Shown here: in pieces, positions 31,451 to 40,737 of the stretch | Layout: every line of letters begins with the position of its first letter | Position numbering within the stretch: the stretch's first letter is position 1 | Source of the DNA: an uncultured Campylobacterales bacterium | Lineage (GTDB): Bacteria > Campylobacterota > Campylobacteria > Campylobacterales > Sulfurospirillaceae | Reading direction: 5' to 3' | Assembly: GCA_964650375.1 (NCBI GenBank) | Contig: CAZYTB010000001.1 | Span: forward strand, 2,052 to 60,519 | DNA length: 58,468 bases | The notes under the pieces: generated by a model | What the model was told of the DNA's origin: nothing | Database searches by the model: none | The model's input: only the letters and a program-made list of their open reading frames with translations | Program-made: the position numbers and the translations under genes

Positions 31451-33192
31451 CAGAAATTCCAAAACTCGTCTAACTCTTCATTTGTGAAATCCCAAGTTAC
31501 ATTATGAGGAGGAAGAGCCTCATATTTCATAAATTCCGGCAATCTATCTTCAGCTTTACCAAGTCCTGCTTTTATATTAAACTCATGTTCAATTTTAAGT
31601 ATATTTTTACCAAGATTTGTTACATCATCCCCGGTTAGCTTAATTCCAAATCTAGCATTTATCATATCAATCAATGCAGGCAAACATGTAGGATCATCAA
31701 GCGCAGGGAAAGCAACAAATATACACATACCAGTACTATCAATTGCTGCTGAAGCAATTTGAAGATTACGAGAGAGTTCTACTTGACCATCTTTTTTAAG
31801 AGGATCAACATACCCACCACTATTTAAGATATTAGTTGCAACTGCGTAACCTGCTGTATGGTCAGCTCCCATAGGAGTTGTAGCATATGTTACACCCTGT
31901 CCTTTTATTGCTCTTGGCTCATATGCAGGAATACCTTGATTCTTAACTACAGGAATACGAACTAATCCATATAACTTTCCAAGATTTCCAGTAGCTGCTC
32001 CAAATATTCTACCAAGAGGAGTTCCATTTGCTATATCTTTTTCTAATATTTCATAAGCTCTTACTCCATCACCAAACTCAATGAGTCCAGCATCTACTGC
32101 TAGTCCAAATGTAATACCAGTTTCGATGGCATCTACACCTAAATCATCCATCAAAGCATCTATTTTTGCAATTTGGTCCAAATCTTTTATTCCGAAGTTT
32201 GCACCAAATGCCCAGATCATTTCGTACTCAAAACCAGATGTCAGATATTTTCCTTCTTTATCATTATATGTTTGAGAGCACTGAATCACACAACCTGCAT
32301 GACATCCATGAGTTGTATCACCGCCTCTTTCTTTGATAGTTTCAGCCACAGTTTCACCGCATATATTTTCTGCGTTATCAGAAAAACCAGATCTGAAGTT
32401 TCTAGCTGGCAGACCGCCAGCTTCATTGATGATATTTATTAGTACATCTGTTCCAAAAGCAGGGAGTCCTTCTCCACTGATAGGATTGTCTAGAAGTGCT
32501 TTTGTAAACACCTTACTTGCAGCTTTAAACTTTTCAGGCTCAACTATATGAGCACTTGCTTCATTGAATTTTTCAGCATCAACTGTTATACATTTGATTT
32601 TTTTAGAACCCATAACAGCGCCTAATCCACCACGACCATGACTTCTTAGCTTACCTTTTGGATCTCGTACAGATATATTAGATATAAGCATTTTCATCTC
32701 GCCTGGACGACCTATCGTCATCACTGCCACTTTTTTATTGTATTTTGCTTCCATAGTATCTAAAACAAAATAGTTATTTTTACCTACTAATTCTGGAACT
32801 GCTTCTATCTCTATCTTTTCTTTACTTACATGTATATGATAAAAAGTAGAGTCATCTTCAGGAATTCCTTCAATGATTAGTGCTTTAACTCCAAGTTTAG
32901 CCATGACACCAGCCATGGTTCCGCCAACATTGCTCTCTTTTATACCACCAGTGAGCGGACTTTTAGCTCCTAGTGAGTTTCTACCACTATTTGATGCACT
33001 TGTGCCAGAAAGAAGTCCTGGTGCAAATACCATTTTATTGTTAGGTCCAAGAGGGTGACACTCAGGATCAACTTCTGCAGCTACTATTGTGGATGTAAGA
33101 CCTCTGCCGCCAAGTCCCATCCATTGGGCTGGAACATCTTCAATTTTAGAACTAAGATTTGTCATATTCACACGATAAATTTTATCTATCAT
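31450..33192 (-). CDS. aor: Aldehyde:ferredoxin oxidoreductase family (W/Mo-bis-pterin)
   Basis: LGGRGL, AKSPLTGGIKESNVGG, GRGGLGAVMGSK, CHAGCVIQC, EYE, GADHT. Confidence 0.92.
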   Translation of the reverse strand: MIDKIYRVNMTNLSSKIEDVPAQWMGLGGRGLTSTIVAAEVDPECHPLGPNNKMVFAPGLLSGTSASNSGRNSLGAKSPLTGGIKESNVGGTMAGVMAKLGVKALIIEGIPEDDSTFYHIHVSKEKIEIEAVPELVGKNNYFVLDTMEAKYNKKVAVMTIGRPGEMKMLISNISVRDPKGKLRSHGRGGLGAVMGSKKIKCITVDAEKFNEASAHIVEPEKFKAASKVFTKALLDNPISGEGLPAFGTDVLINIINEAGGLPARNFRSGFSDNAENICGETVAETIKERGGDTTHGCHAGCVIQCSQTYNDKEGKYLTSGFEYEMIWAFGANFGIKDLDQIAKIDALMDDLGVDAIETGITFGLAVDAGLIEFGDGVRAYEILEKDIANGTPLGRIFGAATGNLGKLYGLVRIPVVKNQGIPAYEPRAIKGQGVTYATTPMGADHTAGYAVATNILNSGGYVDPLKKDGQVELSRNLQIASAAIDSTGMCIFVAFPALDDPTCLPALIDMINARFGIKLTGDDVTNLGKNILKIEHEFNIKAGLGKAEDRLPEFMKYEALPPHNVTWDFTNEELDEFWNF

Positions 33193-33270
33193 CTTCTTCT
33201 CCTTGTAGTGTTTTATTTAATTTTACTCTCTTTTGTTTATAAAATAATAAAAGTAATATAAAAGTTACAA

Positions 33271-33303
33271 AAATAGGATATGCAAAATTTGCATATCCTA
33301 TTT
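33271..33303. terminator. Perfect 16-bp inverted repeat downstream of xerH
   Basis: AAATAGGATATGCAAA-A-TTTGCATATCCTATTT just past the xerH stop; could also be an aor operator. Confidence 0.65.
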
Positions 33304-33314
33304 CTACACACATT

Positions 33315-34355
33315 TTAAAATATATCGGTAGTTTTTTTTAACTTATCTCTATCAAAATGAGTATATATTCTAGAAGTATTTATATCAGCATGTCCTAGAG
33401 ATTCTTGGACAAGTATCAAATCATGATTTTTTTGGTATAGCATTGTGGCAAAAGTGTGTCTAAGCATATGAGCGCCATTTTTTTCTTTTTTAATGCCTAC
33501 ACTTATAAGAATTTTTTCTACAATTCTACTAATATAGGCTTGAGTTAATTTCTTACCAAACTTATTGCAAAAGAGCAGGGCATCTTCACAGTTTTTATTT
33601 TCAATCCATTCTTTTAAATCATTTATAATAACGCTCTTTTTTATCATAACAACTCGTGGTTTATTACCTTTACCTCTAACTTGTATCATAAAAAAGCCAC
33701 TATCTTCAACCATATCTTTCATATGCATGCCAAGCGCTTCACCAACCCTAAGTCCTGTATATAAAATTATTTTTATGATTAATCTATTTCTAGCAGATAT
33801 CTTTGGATTAAACTCAAATTCATCTATGGCTTTTAAAAATCTTTGTACTTCGTCCCTCTGCATGTAAGATGGTAGTTTTTCACCACTTTTTCCACCTAAG
33901 CCGCCCCAATTTTTAAGCTCAATCAAAAAACTATATTTTTCTTCATTTTGCTTGTCGATAAATCCAAAAAAAGAAAGTAGGGCAATTCTGTAATTTTTTT
34001 TAGTAGCATCGGAGAGATTTGCAGTTTCAATCGCTAAAAATTCACTCAAAAACTCTTCATCTATTTCTTTAAGTGAAACCGCACCATATCTTACTACATG
34101 ATAGTATAGTTTTTCGATTGGTATAAAGTATAGATGGATTCCGTTTATACCGATATTTCTTACTTCTTTAACCAGCAATTTTAGATTTTTTATATTTGAG
34201 ATATTGAAAGTTAGATTTTGCAGATTTTTTGCAAGTTTTGCTTTATCGTGCACATATCTATTTGAAAGAGTTGTTATTTTATATTTTATAAATCTACTAA
34301 TCCAAAATATCAAAGATGCTTCTATGCTATCTTCACAGTCAACTTTGTACTTCAT
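33315..34355 (-). CDS. xerH: Tyrosine recombinase XerH
   Basis: YTGLRVGE, GKGNKPR, HMLRH, LGHADINTSRIY catalytic residues; Campylobacterota-type N-terminus (FWISRFIKYK...LSN); adjacent dif site. Confidence 0.9.
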   Translation of the reverse strand: MKYKVDCEDSIEASLIFWISRFIKYKITTLSNRYVHDKAKLAKNLQNLTFNISNIKNLKLLVKEVRNIGINGIHLYFIPIEKLYYHVVRYGAVSLKEIDEEFLSEFLAIETANLSDATKKNYRIALLSFFGFIDKQNEEKYSFLIELKNWGGLGGKSGEKLPSYMQRDEVQRFLKAIDEFEFNPKISARNRLIIKIILYTGLRVGEALGMHMKDMVEDSGFFMIQVRGKGNKPRVVMIKKSVIINDLKEWIENKNCEDALLFCNKFGKKLTQAYISRIVEKILISVGIKKEKNGAHMLRHTFATMLYQKNHDLILVQESLGHADINTSRIYTHFDRDKLKKTTDIF

Positions 34356-34373
34356 GGGTATATATCCTTATAT

Positions 34374-34403
34374 TAGTATTGGAAACTATAATTTCCAAAC
34401 TTT
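34374..34403. other. difH chromosome dimer resolution site
   Basis: AGTATTGGAAA-CTATAA-TTTCCAAACT: inverted arms, 6-bp spacer, one extra base in one arm, as in recalled Campylobacter/Helicobacter difH; ~20 bp from the xerH start. Confidence 0.82.
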
Positions 34404-34412
34404 ATTATATCA
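34404..34412 (-). promoter_or_regulatory. Extended -10 promoter of xerH
   Basis: TGATATAAT on minus strand abutting difH. Confidence 0.65.
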
Positions 34413-34520
34413 TAATACCCTTATGGAATAATAAAATCTGACCTAATGCAACATTTATGGCGAGCCAGTATACTATGACCCAAATTTTTCACGAAATAGA
34501 TTGCACTTTGTACTTTTGTA

Positions 34521-35315
34521 CTAATTGTCAAACACGAGACAATCCATCGCTTGATTTCCATACATAAAAACATTGTTTAAAACTTTTGCTTTCTTATCTT
34601 TTGAAGTACCTAAGACAATAAATAATGGCAACAAATGCTCTAAGGTAGGATGATTTTCTGTTAATTTTGGAGCTTTTTGAATAAAATCGCAAAGTGTTTC
34701 AACATCACCTTTCTTTGCTTTTTCTACTATCCAATCTCTAAATTCTTTCGCATATTTATCAATTGGGGCATTCATGTCTCTATGCGACTTCGCAAGATTA
34801 TGGGTAAGTGTTCCACTTCCAATTATAAGCGCTTCTTCTCTAAGAGAGTACATAACCTCCCCTATTTCAATCAATTTTCTTGCATCACAATAAACAGGTA
34901 ACGATATCTGAACAACAGTAATATCTGCATCTGGGTACATTAAAGATAATGGTGCGCAGATACCATGATCATATCCCTCGTGCTCTTCATCTTTTGATAC
35001 TTCAATACCTGCTTTATTAAATGCCTTTATGACTTCTTCAACCTTTATTAAGTCATTTTTTATTGGATAACTCATTTCATACAGTTCTGCAGGAAACCCA
35101 TAAAAATCATTTATTTTGTTTGGTTTTGGATTTGACATTATTCGTAAATCCTTTGTTGCCCAATGTGCCGAAATCATAATGATATATTTTGGCTTATTAA
35201 ACAATAATGGCAATCTTTTTAAAAATTCAGAAGATTCAGAACAGCTTAAACACAAAGCAGGTGATCCATGTGAAATAAATATAGATGGAAACATTTGTTC
35301 TAGTTTCACTTTCAT
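34521..35315 (-). CDS. LigB-family (YgiD/DODA-like) extradiol dioxygenase
   Basis: FISHGSP, ISAHW, DFYGFP, DHG, GSGTLTHNL, HPTLEHLLPL. Confidence 0.92.
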   Translation of the reverse strand: MKVKLEQMFPSIFISHGSPALCLSCSESSEFLKRLPLLFNKPKYIIMISAHWATKDLRIMSNPKPNKINDFYGFPAELYEMSYPIKNDLIKVEEVIKAFNKAGIEVSKDEEHEGYDHGICAPLSLMYPDADITVVQISLPVYCDARKLIEIGEVMYSLREEALIIGSGTLTHNLAKSHRDMNAPIDKYAKEFRDWIVEKAKKGDVETLCDFIQKAPKLTENHPTLEHLLPLFIVLGTSKDKKAKVLNNVFMYGNQAMDCLVFDN

Positions 35316-35340
35316 ATTCTCTCCCTATATAATTTTAAAA

Positions 35341-36135
35341 TTAAAATGCTGACTGAACAACGCCGCCATCTACCCTTAAAAGCGCTCCATTAGTTGCACT
35401 GGAACATGCGCTTGATATATAGACAACCATATTTGCTATCTCTTCAACTTTACAAAATCTTTGTAGCAAAGATGTTGGTCTTACTTCATCAAAAAAGAAT
35501 TGTTCTATCTCTTCAAAAGTCTTGCCTTGCTCTTTTGCTAAATCTTCCATAAATTGTGTAACACCCTCAGAATTTGAAGGTCCCACGATAACAGAGTTTG
35601 AAGTAACTCCTGTACCTTTGGTGATCTCTGCTATTCCTCTACTAAGCGATACCTGAGCTGTTTTTGTTACGCCATAATGTATCATCTCTTTTGGAATTTG
35701 AAGTGCTGATTCACTCGAGATAAACACTATCCTTCCCCAGTTATTTTCTAACATTTTTGGCAAATAGTATTGAGAAAGTCTTACGCCACTCATCACATTT
35801 ACATTAAATATATGTATCCATTCATCATTTGTAATTTGCGTGAACTCTCTTGGTTCAAAAATACCTAAATTATTTATCAATATATCTACACTTTCAAGCT
35901 CGTTTAAAAGTTTTAAACAACCCTCTTCATCTTTTAAATCAGCTACTATACCACTTACTTTTGCATCATTTTGCTTTTTTTTGATTTTTACTATTGCATC
36001 ATTTACATTTTTTTGACTTCGTCCATTTATAACTACAACAGCGCCCTCTTCGCATAATTTCTTTGCTGTTGCAAAACCTATACCTTGAGTTGAGCCGGTA
36101 ACCAAAGCTACTTTGCCTTTTATTTGTAAATCCAT
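35341..36135 (-). CDS. Short-chain dehydrogenase/reductase
   Basis: TGSTQGIG, NNLG, YGVTK (YxxxK), VDGG. Confidence 0.93.
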   Translation of the reverse strand: MDLQIKGKVALVTGSTQGIGFATAKKLCEEGAVVVINGRSQKNVNDAIVKIKKKQNDAKVSGIVADLKDEEGCLKLLNELESVDILINNLGIFEPREFTQITNDEWIHIFNVNVMSGVRLSQYYLPKMLENNWGRIVFISSESALQIPKEMIHYGVTKTAQVSLSRGIAEITKGTGVTSNSVIVGPSNSEGVTQFMEDLAKEQGKTFEEIEQFFFDEVRPTSLLQRFCKVEEIANMVVYISSACSSATNGALLRVDGGVVQSAF

Positions 36136-36160
36136 CTTAATTCCTTTGTTTCTTTAGTTT

Positions 36161-37033
36161 TTATAATATAAAATACAATACTATAGGGATACTTATCAGT
36201 GAAAATAAATTTCCTATCGCAACAACGGATGCCACCAATACAGCATCTTTTTTATACTGTTCTGCCATAATCGAATTTAATACCGCTGGAGGAAGTGCTC
36301 CAAAAAGTATAAGTAAAACTTCTTGAGTGTGAGTATAGTGAAACACATGTATAGCGATAAATGCCATAATAACTCCAGATACAGGACATAAAACCGCTCC
36401 CAATAGACCAAGTTTCCAATACTTTAGCTCTACATGTATCAATCTTACCCCTAAAGCAAAAAGCACTAAAGGTATAGAGACTTGCGACATCATTTTAAGA
36501 GATGTGTTTATGACATCAGGAAAGTGGATATTAAAATAGTTAAATATTAACCCTGCAACAGTAGCAATTATCACTGGATTTTTCACTATCTTAATCCACT
36601 TCACCTCACCTCCATACATGATAGGAGCAATAGTAAACTGCCCGATAACCTGCACAAGAGACAGGGATATAAACATAACTAGTGCATCTTCTCCAAATGC
36701 AAATAGTGCCAAAGGGAAACCTAGATTTATAGAGTTATTAAACATCATAGGAGGTAAAAATGATCTAGGTTTTATCCCCATCATCTTTACTATTGGATAG
36801 AGGATTATTCCAGAACCAAGCACAACCATGACTCCACCTAAAGAAAAATATCCAAGATTTGTAATAGAGGGTAATTTCTCACTAATAGCGTAAAAAACCA
36901 AAATAGGTATAAATACTTCTAAGTTTATCTTATTCGTGGTATCCATACTAATATGTTCATTTTTAGCATACATGTAACCGATAAATGCTATAAATACGAT
37001 TGGAAATATGATTGAAAATATTTGGTATAACAT
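36161..37033 (-). CDS. AEC (auxin efflux carrier) family transporter
   Basis: About 10 TM, FNNSINLGFPL, KNPVIIA, IPLVLFALG, LPPAV. Confidence 0.88.
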   Translation of the reverse strand: MLYQIFSIIFPIVFIAFIGYMYAKNEHISMDTTNKINLEVFIPILVFYAISEKLPSITNLGYFSLGGVMVVLGSGIILYPIVKMMGIKPRSFLPPMMFNNSINLGFPLALFAFGEDALVMFISLSLVQVIGQFTIAPIMYGGEVKWIKIVKNPVIIATVAGLIFNYFNIHFPDVINTSLKMMSQVSIPLVLFALGVRLIHVELKYWKLGLLGAVLCPVSGVIMAFIAIHVFHYTHTQEVLLILFGALPPAVLNSIMAEQYKKDAVLVASVVAIGNLFSLISIPIVLYFIL

Positions 37034-37041
37034 CTAAAAAA

Positions 37042-37242
37042 TCAACCTGCTGCCATAGCCGGTAAGAGATTTATTTTATCGCCCTCTTTTAATTTTGTTT
37101 TTGTAATATCGCAAACTGTTACGACTCTGCCATTAACGGCAGCACCCATAACTTTATCACCCATTTTTACTTTTTCTATCACTTCATGTAAAGTAATACC
37201 TTCTTTAAATTCCATCTCTTTTCTATTTACTATCAGTTTCAT
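37042..37242 (-). CDS. ThiS-like sulfur carrier protein (66 aa)
   Basis: MKLIVNRK...AAVNGRVV...LKEGDKINLLPAMAAG with its own GGAGA RBS; embedded in the 255-aa track ORF. Confidence 0.8.
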   Translation of the reverse strand: MKLIVNRKEMEFKEGITLHEVIEKVKMGDKVMGAAVNGRVVTVCDITKTKLKEGDKINLLPAMAAG

Positions 37243-37265
37243 ATTCTCTCCATTGTATTTTATCT

Positions 37266-37740
37266 CTACTTTTCTTTCTCTCTTGAAAATAACCAAAAAG
37301 AAAACCATTTTGTAAATCTTGGCATTAATACATACGACATCATAATCATAGCAACTGCGGTTACTATAAATGTCCTTATAAGTAGAGGTATAGTAGATAG
37401 CATACCGCCGAATAAAATGAAAATTAGCGTTATAAGAGGATATAAAACCAACCAGCTCACTGGGTTCTTCCAAAAGTGATTCGATATTGTTCAATATTTC
37501 TGATCTTTTGCTTGATTTTAACCACTTATTTAAATTCTCTTCATTATTGAACTTATAGATAATCCTATATTCCGGATCATCTTGGCTAGATGGTCTGAAC
37601 ATAACAGCCCCAAGATATCCTGAAAAGGTTGCTGCCGCATGGGTTAAATCACCGCTTAAAAGCTCATACAACTCTTCTGCGCCTTTTTTAATTCTCCTTG
37701 ATACTACAACTGTTACATGCGAATCGTGGTTTTCACTCAT
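37266..37740 (-). pseudogene. ABM (antibiotic biosynthesis monooxygenase)-domain membrane protein, frameshifted by a probable internal deletion
   Basis: N-half VTVVVSRRIKKG...FSGYLG...YRIIYKF...W; C-half SWLVLYP...MSYVLMPRFTKWF in another frame; junction at 37456-37460. Confidence 0.75.
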
Positions 37741-37747
37741 TATATTT

Positions 37748-38686
37748 TTATTCATTTTTATATACAAACTCCAATAATGTTGATACCGTTCTTGTGTAGG
37801 TGGCATCATATCCCTGTGCCGTATTGTATTTTATAACAACTCCACAAATGTCATCAAGTTCCAATCTTCTGTTAAATTCCCTATCTACAAGCATGGATGG
37901 TTTGATTGAGTCAAAATTTTTAATCAAATCAAACATTGAATTTAACTCAGTATCTAGGAAATTTATATCTAAATACTTGGCCGCCTGAACTGTTTCACTC
38001 ATTAAACCAAAAACTATCCTTGATAACTTTTCATCGTGCATTAAAACACCTGTTTTGATTCTAAGTAATGTGCACAGTGCATTGACTCCATTGTTGATGA
38101 TAAGTTTTTTCCACAGTTCTTTTTTGATTTCTGATGATATCTCAAAAATAATTCCGTTTGCATTATATGATATTGACAATCTACTTAAAAATTTACTATT
38201 ATCAACTGTATTCTTGATGGCTCCAGCTATAATTTCAACATTTCCAGTAGCTTCAACTTTCCCGGGATGGACCACATGTGCACCAATTTTTCTGGCAATT
38301 CCACCTATTACTTTGTCTTGTGGAAAAAATTCACATAAAATATTTTCATTTTCCACACCATTTTGCAAAGAGATGATATAGGGTAACTGTGAACTACTTT
38401 TTAAAATATCGGATAATTTTTTTGCTATTTTTTCAGTTTCTATGGACTTTGTACATAATATAATAGCATCAAATATTGAAAAGTCCATGCCCTTTAACTC
38501 TTCAAAACTCATAGCATCTATTTTTTTAGAAAATGTAAAATTTGGATGCGACAAGCTTAGTCCATCGTTTTTTAAAGCTTTTAGATGTGCTCCCCTTGCT
38601 ATAAATTTTACATCTTCTCCAGCATTTAGTAGCCTGGCTCCAATATAGCAACCAACACCACCGGCACCTAAGATTATAAATCGCAT
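37748..38686 (-). CDS. Ketopantoate reductase (PanE/ApbA) family
   Basis: GAGGVG, CTKS, SLQNG, LWKKLIIN, KPSMLVD, LELD. Confidence 0.88.
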   Translation of the reverse strand: MRFIILGAGGVGCYIGARLLNAGEDVKFIARGAHLKALKNDGLSLSHPNFTFSKKIDAMSFEELKGMDFSIFDAIILCTKSIETEKIAKKLSDILKSSSQLPYIISLQNGVENENILCEFFPQDKVIGGIARKIGAHVVHPGKVEATGNVEIIAGAIKNTVDNSKFLSRLSISYNANGIIFEISSEIKKELWKKLIINNGVNALCTLLRIKTGVLMHDEKLSRIVFGLMSETVQAAKYLDINFLDTELNSMFDLIKNFDSIKPSMLVDREFNRRLELDDICGVVIKYNTAQGYDATYTRTVSTLLEFVYKNE

Positions 38687-38687
38687 A

Positions 38688-39512
38688 TTACTCTGACATA
38701 AAATTATCTACAAGTTTAATAAATCTATCTTTATGTTCTATTTGAGTCCAATGTCCACATTCACCAAAAATATGAAGTTGGGATTTTTTAATGAGCTGAT
38801 TGAACCTTATAGAATTTTGCAAAGGAATAACCTTATCTTCTCTTCCGTGGATTATCAAAGTGTTATGTGGTATCTTTTTGATATCTTGCTCGTCACTTTC
38901 CATGGCAATTACACCATTTTGTCTAGGAGCTGGAAACATTGAGCTAAATGCTTCTTGAAATCCTGGTCTTATACTAGCTTCATATCTTAGGCGTGCTAAC
39001 TCATCTGTTACTAAATTTCTATTATAAGCAAAGATATCCAATAATTCTTTCATATTTTCTAAGCTTGGCGTATATCCCCAAACTTTATCTAAACTATAAG
39101 TTAAATCAAATCCAACACCAACAGCACCCATTAACACAATTTTATTAAATCGTTCAGGATATCTAATCGCAAGAGCAACCGCTAAAGCTCCGCCAAAAGA
39201 ATTTCCAACTAGATTTATTTTCTTAAGTCCTAATGCATCCATAAGATCTATAGCTTGTTGTACCCAAGTATCCATATTATACACTATGTCCTCTGGTCTA
39301 TCTGTATATCCAAAGCCCACCATATCTGGTGCAATAACCCTAAACTTTTTACTAAGTTCCGGAATGCATAATCTCCAATTTGCATATGCTGTTACACCTG
39401 GACCTGATCCGTGTATAAACATAATAGCTTCGCTATTTTTATCACCTAAATCATGATAATTTGTATTATAAGTTCCTGTTTTTATACTATTTGCTATTTC
39501 ATGATTTTTCAT
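38688..39512 (-). CDS. dmpD: 2-hydroxymuconic semialdehyde hydrolase
   Basis: HGSGPGV, GNSFGG nucleophile elbow, HGREDKVIP, CGHWTQIE; operon context. Confidence 0.92.
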   Translation of the reverse strand: MKNHEIANSIKTGTYNTNYHDLGDKNSEAIMFIHGSGPGVTAYANWRLCIPELSKKFRVIAPDMVGFGYTDRPEDIVYNMDTWVQQAIDLMDALGLKKINLVGNSFGGALAVALAIRYPERFNKIVLMGAVGVGFDLTYSLDKVWGYTPSLENMKELLDIFAYNRNLVTDELARLRYEASIRPGFQEAFSSMFPAPRQNGVIAMESDEQDIKKIPHNTLIIHGREDKVIPLQNSIRFNQLIKKSQLHIFGECGHWTQIEHKDRFIKLVDNFMSE

Positions 39513-40530
39513 TATTTTCTCCTGTTAAATTAAATTCTTTTGCTAACAATTTATATGAATCTACTCTATCTTTAAATGAGTAAGTGACATTCACAACCAT
39601 AATCTCATCTACATCATAAAACATAGATAACTCCTCAAGCTGTTTTTTGCATTCTTTTGCAGTTCCTAGTATCATAGTATCCATAGTTTCATCGTAATAT
39701 GCTTTATCTTGTATATTCAAATTTGATATTTTATTTTCTAACTCTTTTGGAGATAGTAAAGGATCTCTGTTTGGTCTAGTAAATGCTTGAAGCTTCCAAT
39801 ATGTATGGCTACTTGCTATATGCTTTGCCTCTTTTTTAGAAGAAGCAACGATACATGCAACTGCTATCATAGCTTTTGGTTTTTTAAATGTATTTGATAC
39901 TTTAAATGAATCCCTGTATTCTTGTATGATTTGAGGTGTTCTATCATGTGTACCAATAAAAAGAGCAAGTACAAAACCAGCTCCTAATTCACCCGCAAGT
40001 TGTGAACTACCCTGACTTGAACCAAGGAGAAAGACAGGGGGAGCTTCTACACCTTGAGGTGTCAGTGTAACATCATAATAAGGGTGATTAGATGGAAGAT
40101 TTTGGTTTAAATAACCAATTAACTCATAAGCTTTTCGGGAGTAATCATTGCCGTTTTGCTCATGCAGTGCTCTCGCAGTTATGAAATTAGCCCCACTAGC
40201 TCTTCCTATTCCTACATCTATTCTGTTTTCATGTAAAGCATTTAGAGCCTTAAATGTTTCAGCTACTTTAAAAGGGCTGTAATGATTCAACATCACGCCT
40301 CCACTTCCGACTCTGATGTTAGAGGTTGCGGTTGCAACTGAGTTAACCATCACTTCAGGATTTGAAGATGCATAACCAGGGGTATTGTGATGCTCTGCCA
40401 ACCAATACCTGTGATAGCCTAAATCATCACAAATTTTAGCTAATTCAATCGTATCAAAAAGCCCCTGCTTAGCTTCTTTGCCATCGTGTATTGGAGATTG
40501 ATCCAATACACTTAATTTTAACTTTTTCAA
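39499..40530 (-). CDS. Luciferase-like (LLM class) flavin-dependent oxidoreductase
   Basis: LSVLDQSP, YWLAEHH, RVGSGGVML, RIDVGIGR, LLGSS. Confidence 0.9.
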   Translation of the reverse strand: MKKLKLSVLDQSPIHDGKEAKQGLFDTIELAKICDDLGYHRYWLAEHHNTPGYASSNPEVMVNSVATATSNIRVGSGGVMLNHYSPFKVAETFKALNALHENRIDVGIGRASGANFITARALHEQNGNDYSRKAYELIGYLNQNLPSNHPYYDVTLTPQGVEAPPVFLLGSSQGSSQLAGELGAGFVLALFIGTHDRTPQIIQEYRDSFKVSNTFKKPKAMIAVACIVASSKKEAKHIASSHTYWKLQAFTRPNRDPLLSPKELENKISNLNIQDKAYYDETMDTMILGTAKECKKQLEELSMFYDVDEIMVVNVTYSFKDRVDSYKLLAKEFNLTGENNEKS

Positions 40531-40536
40531 AAAGGG

Positions 40537-40728
40537 TTATTTTCCCATCTTTTTGGCGCTCTGCCCGGCTATCCCAAAATGCTGTTTTTTCATCTCATTT
40601 AGAATAATTCGAATACTAGAATAAGGAGCATCGATAGATTTATGAATTGCTTCTGTTACCTGTTTGATAAATTCCTCTTTTTTTTCGTCACTTCTGCCCT
40701 CGAGTATATTTATCGTTGCTATTGGCAT
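40537..40728 (-). CDS. dmpI: 4-oxalocrotonate tautomerase
   Basis: Catalytic Pro1 (MPIATINILEGRS), 63 aa. Confidence 0.95.
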   Translation of the reverse strand: MPIATINILEGRSDEKKEEFIKQVTEAIHKSIDAPYSSIRIILNEMKKQHFGIAGQSAKKMGK

Positions 40729-40737
40729 AATTTATCC

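Noticed and set aside
33315-34355. Phage or island integrase
   Set aside because: Size, N-terminus and adjacent difH fit housekeeping XerH; no phage or conjugation genes seen
34430-34490. IS end or REP-like TGACC motifs right of dif
   Set aside because: Only two short TGACC words, with no partner inverted repeat or transposase in the window
37042-37809. 255-aa ABM-ThiS fusion protein
   Set aside because: The middle part is the out-of-frame reading of the ABM C-terminus; ThiS has its own RBS and ATG
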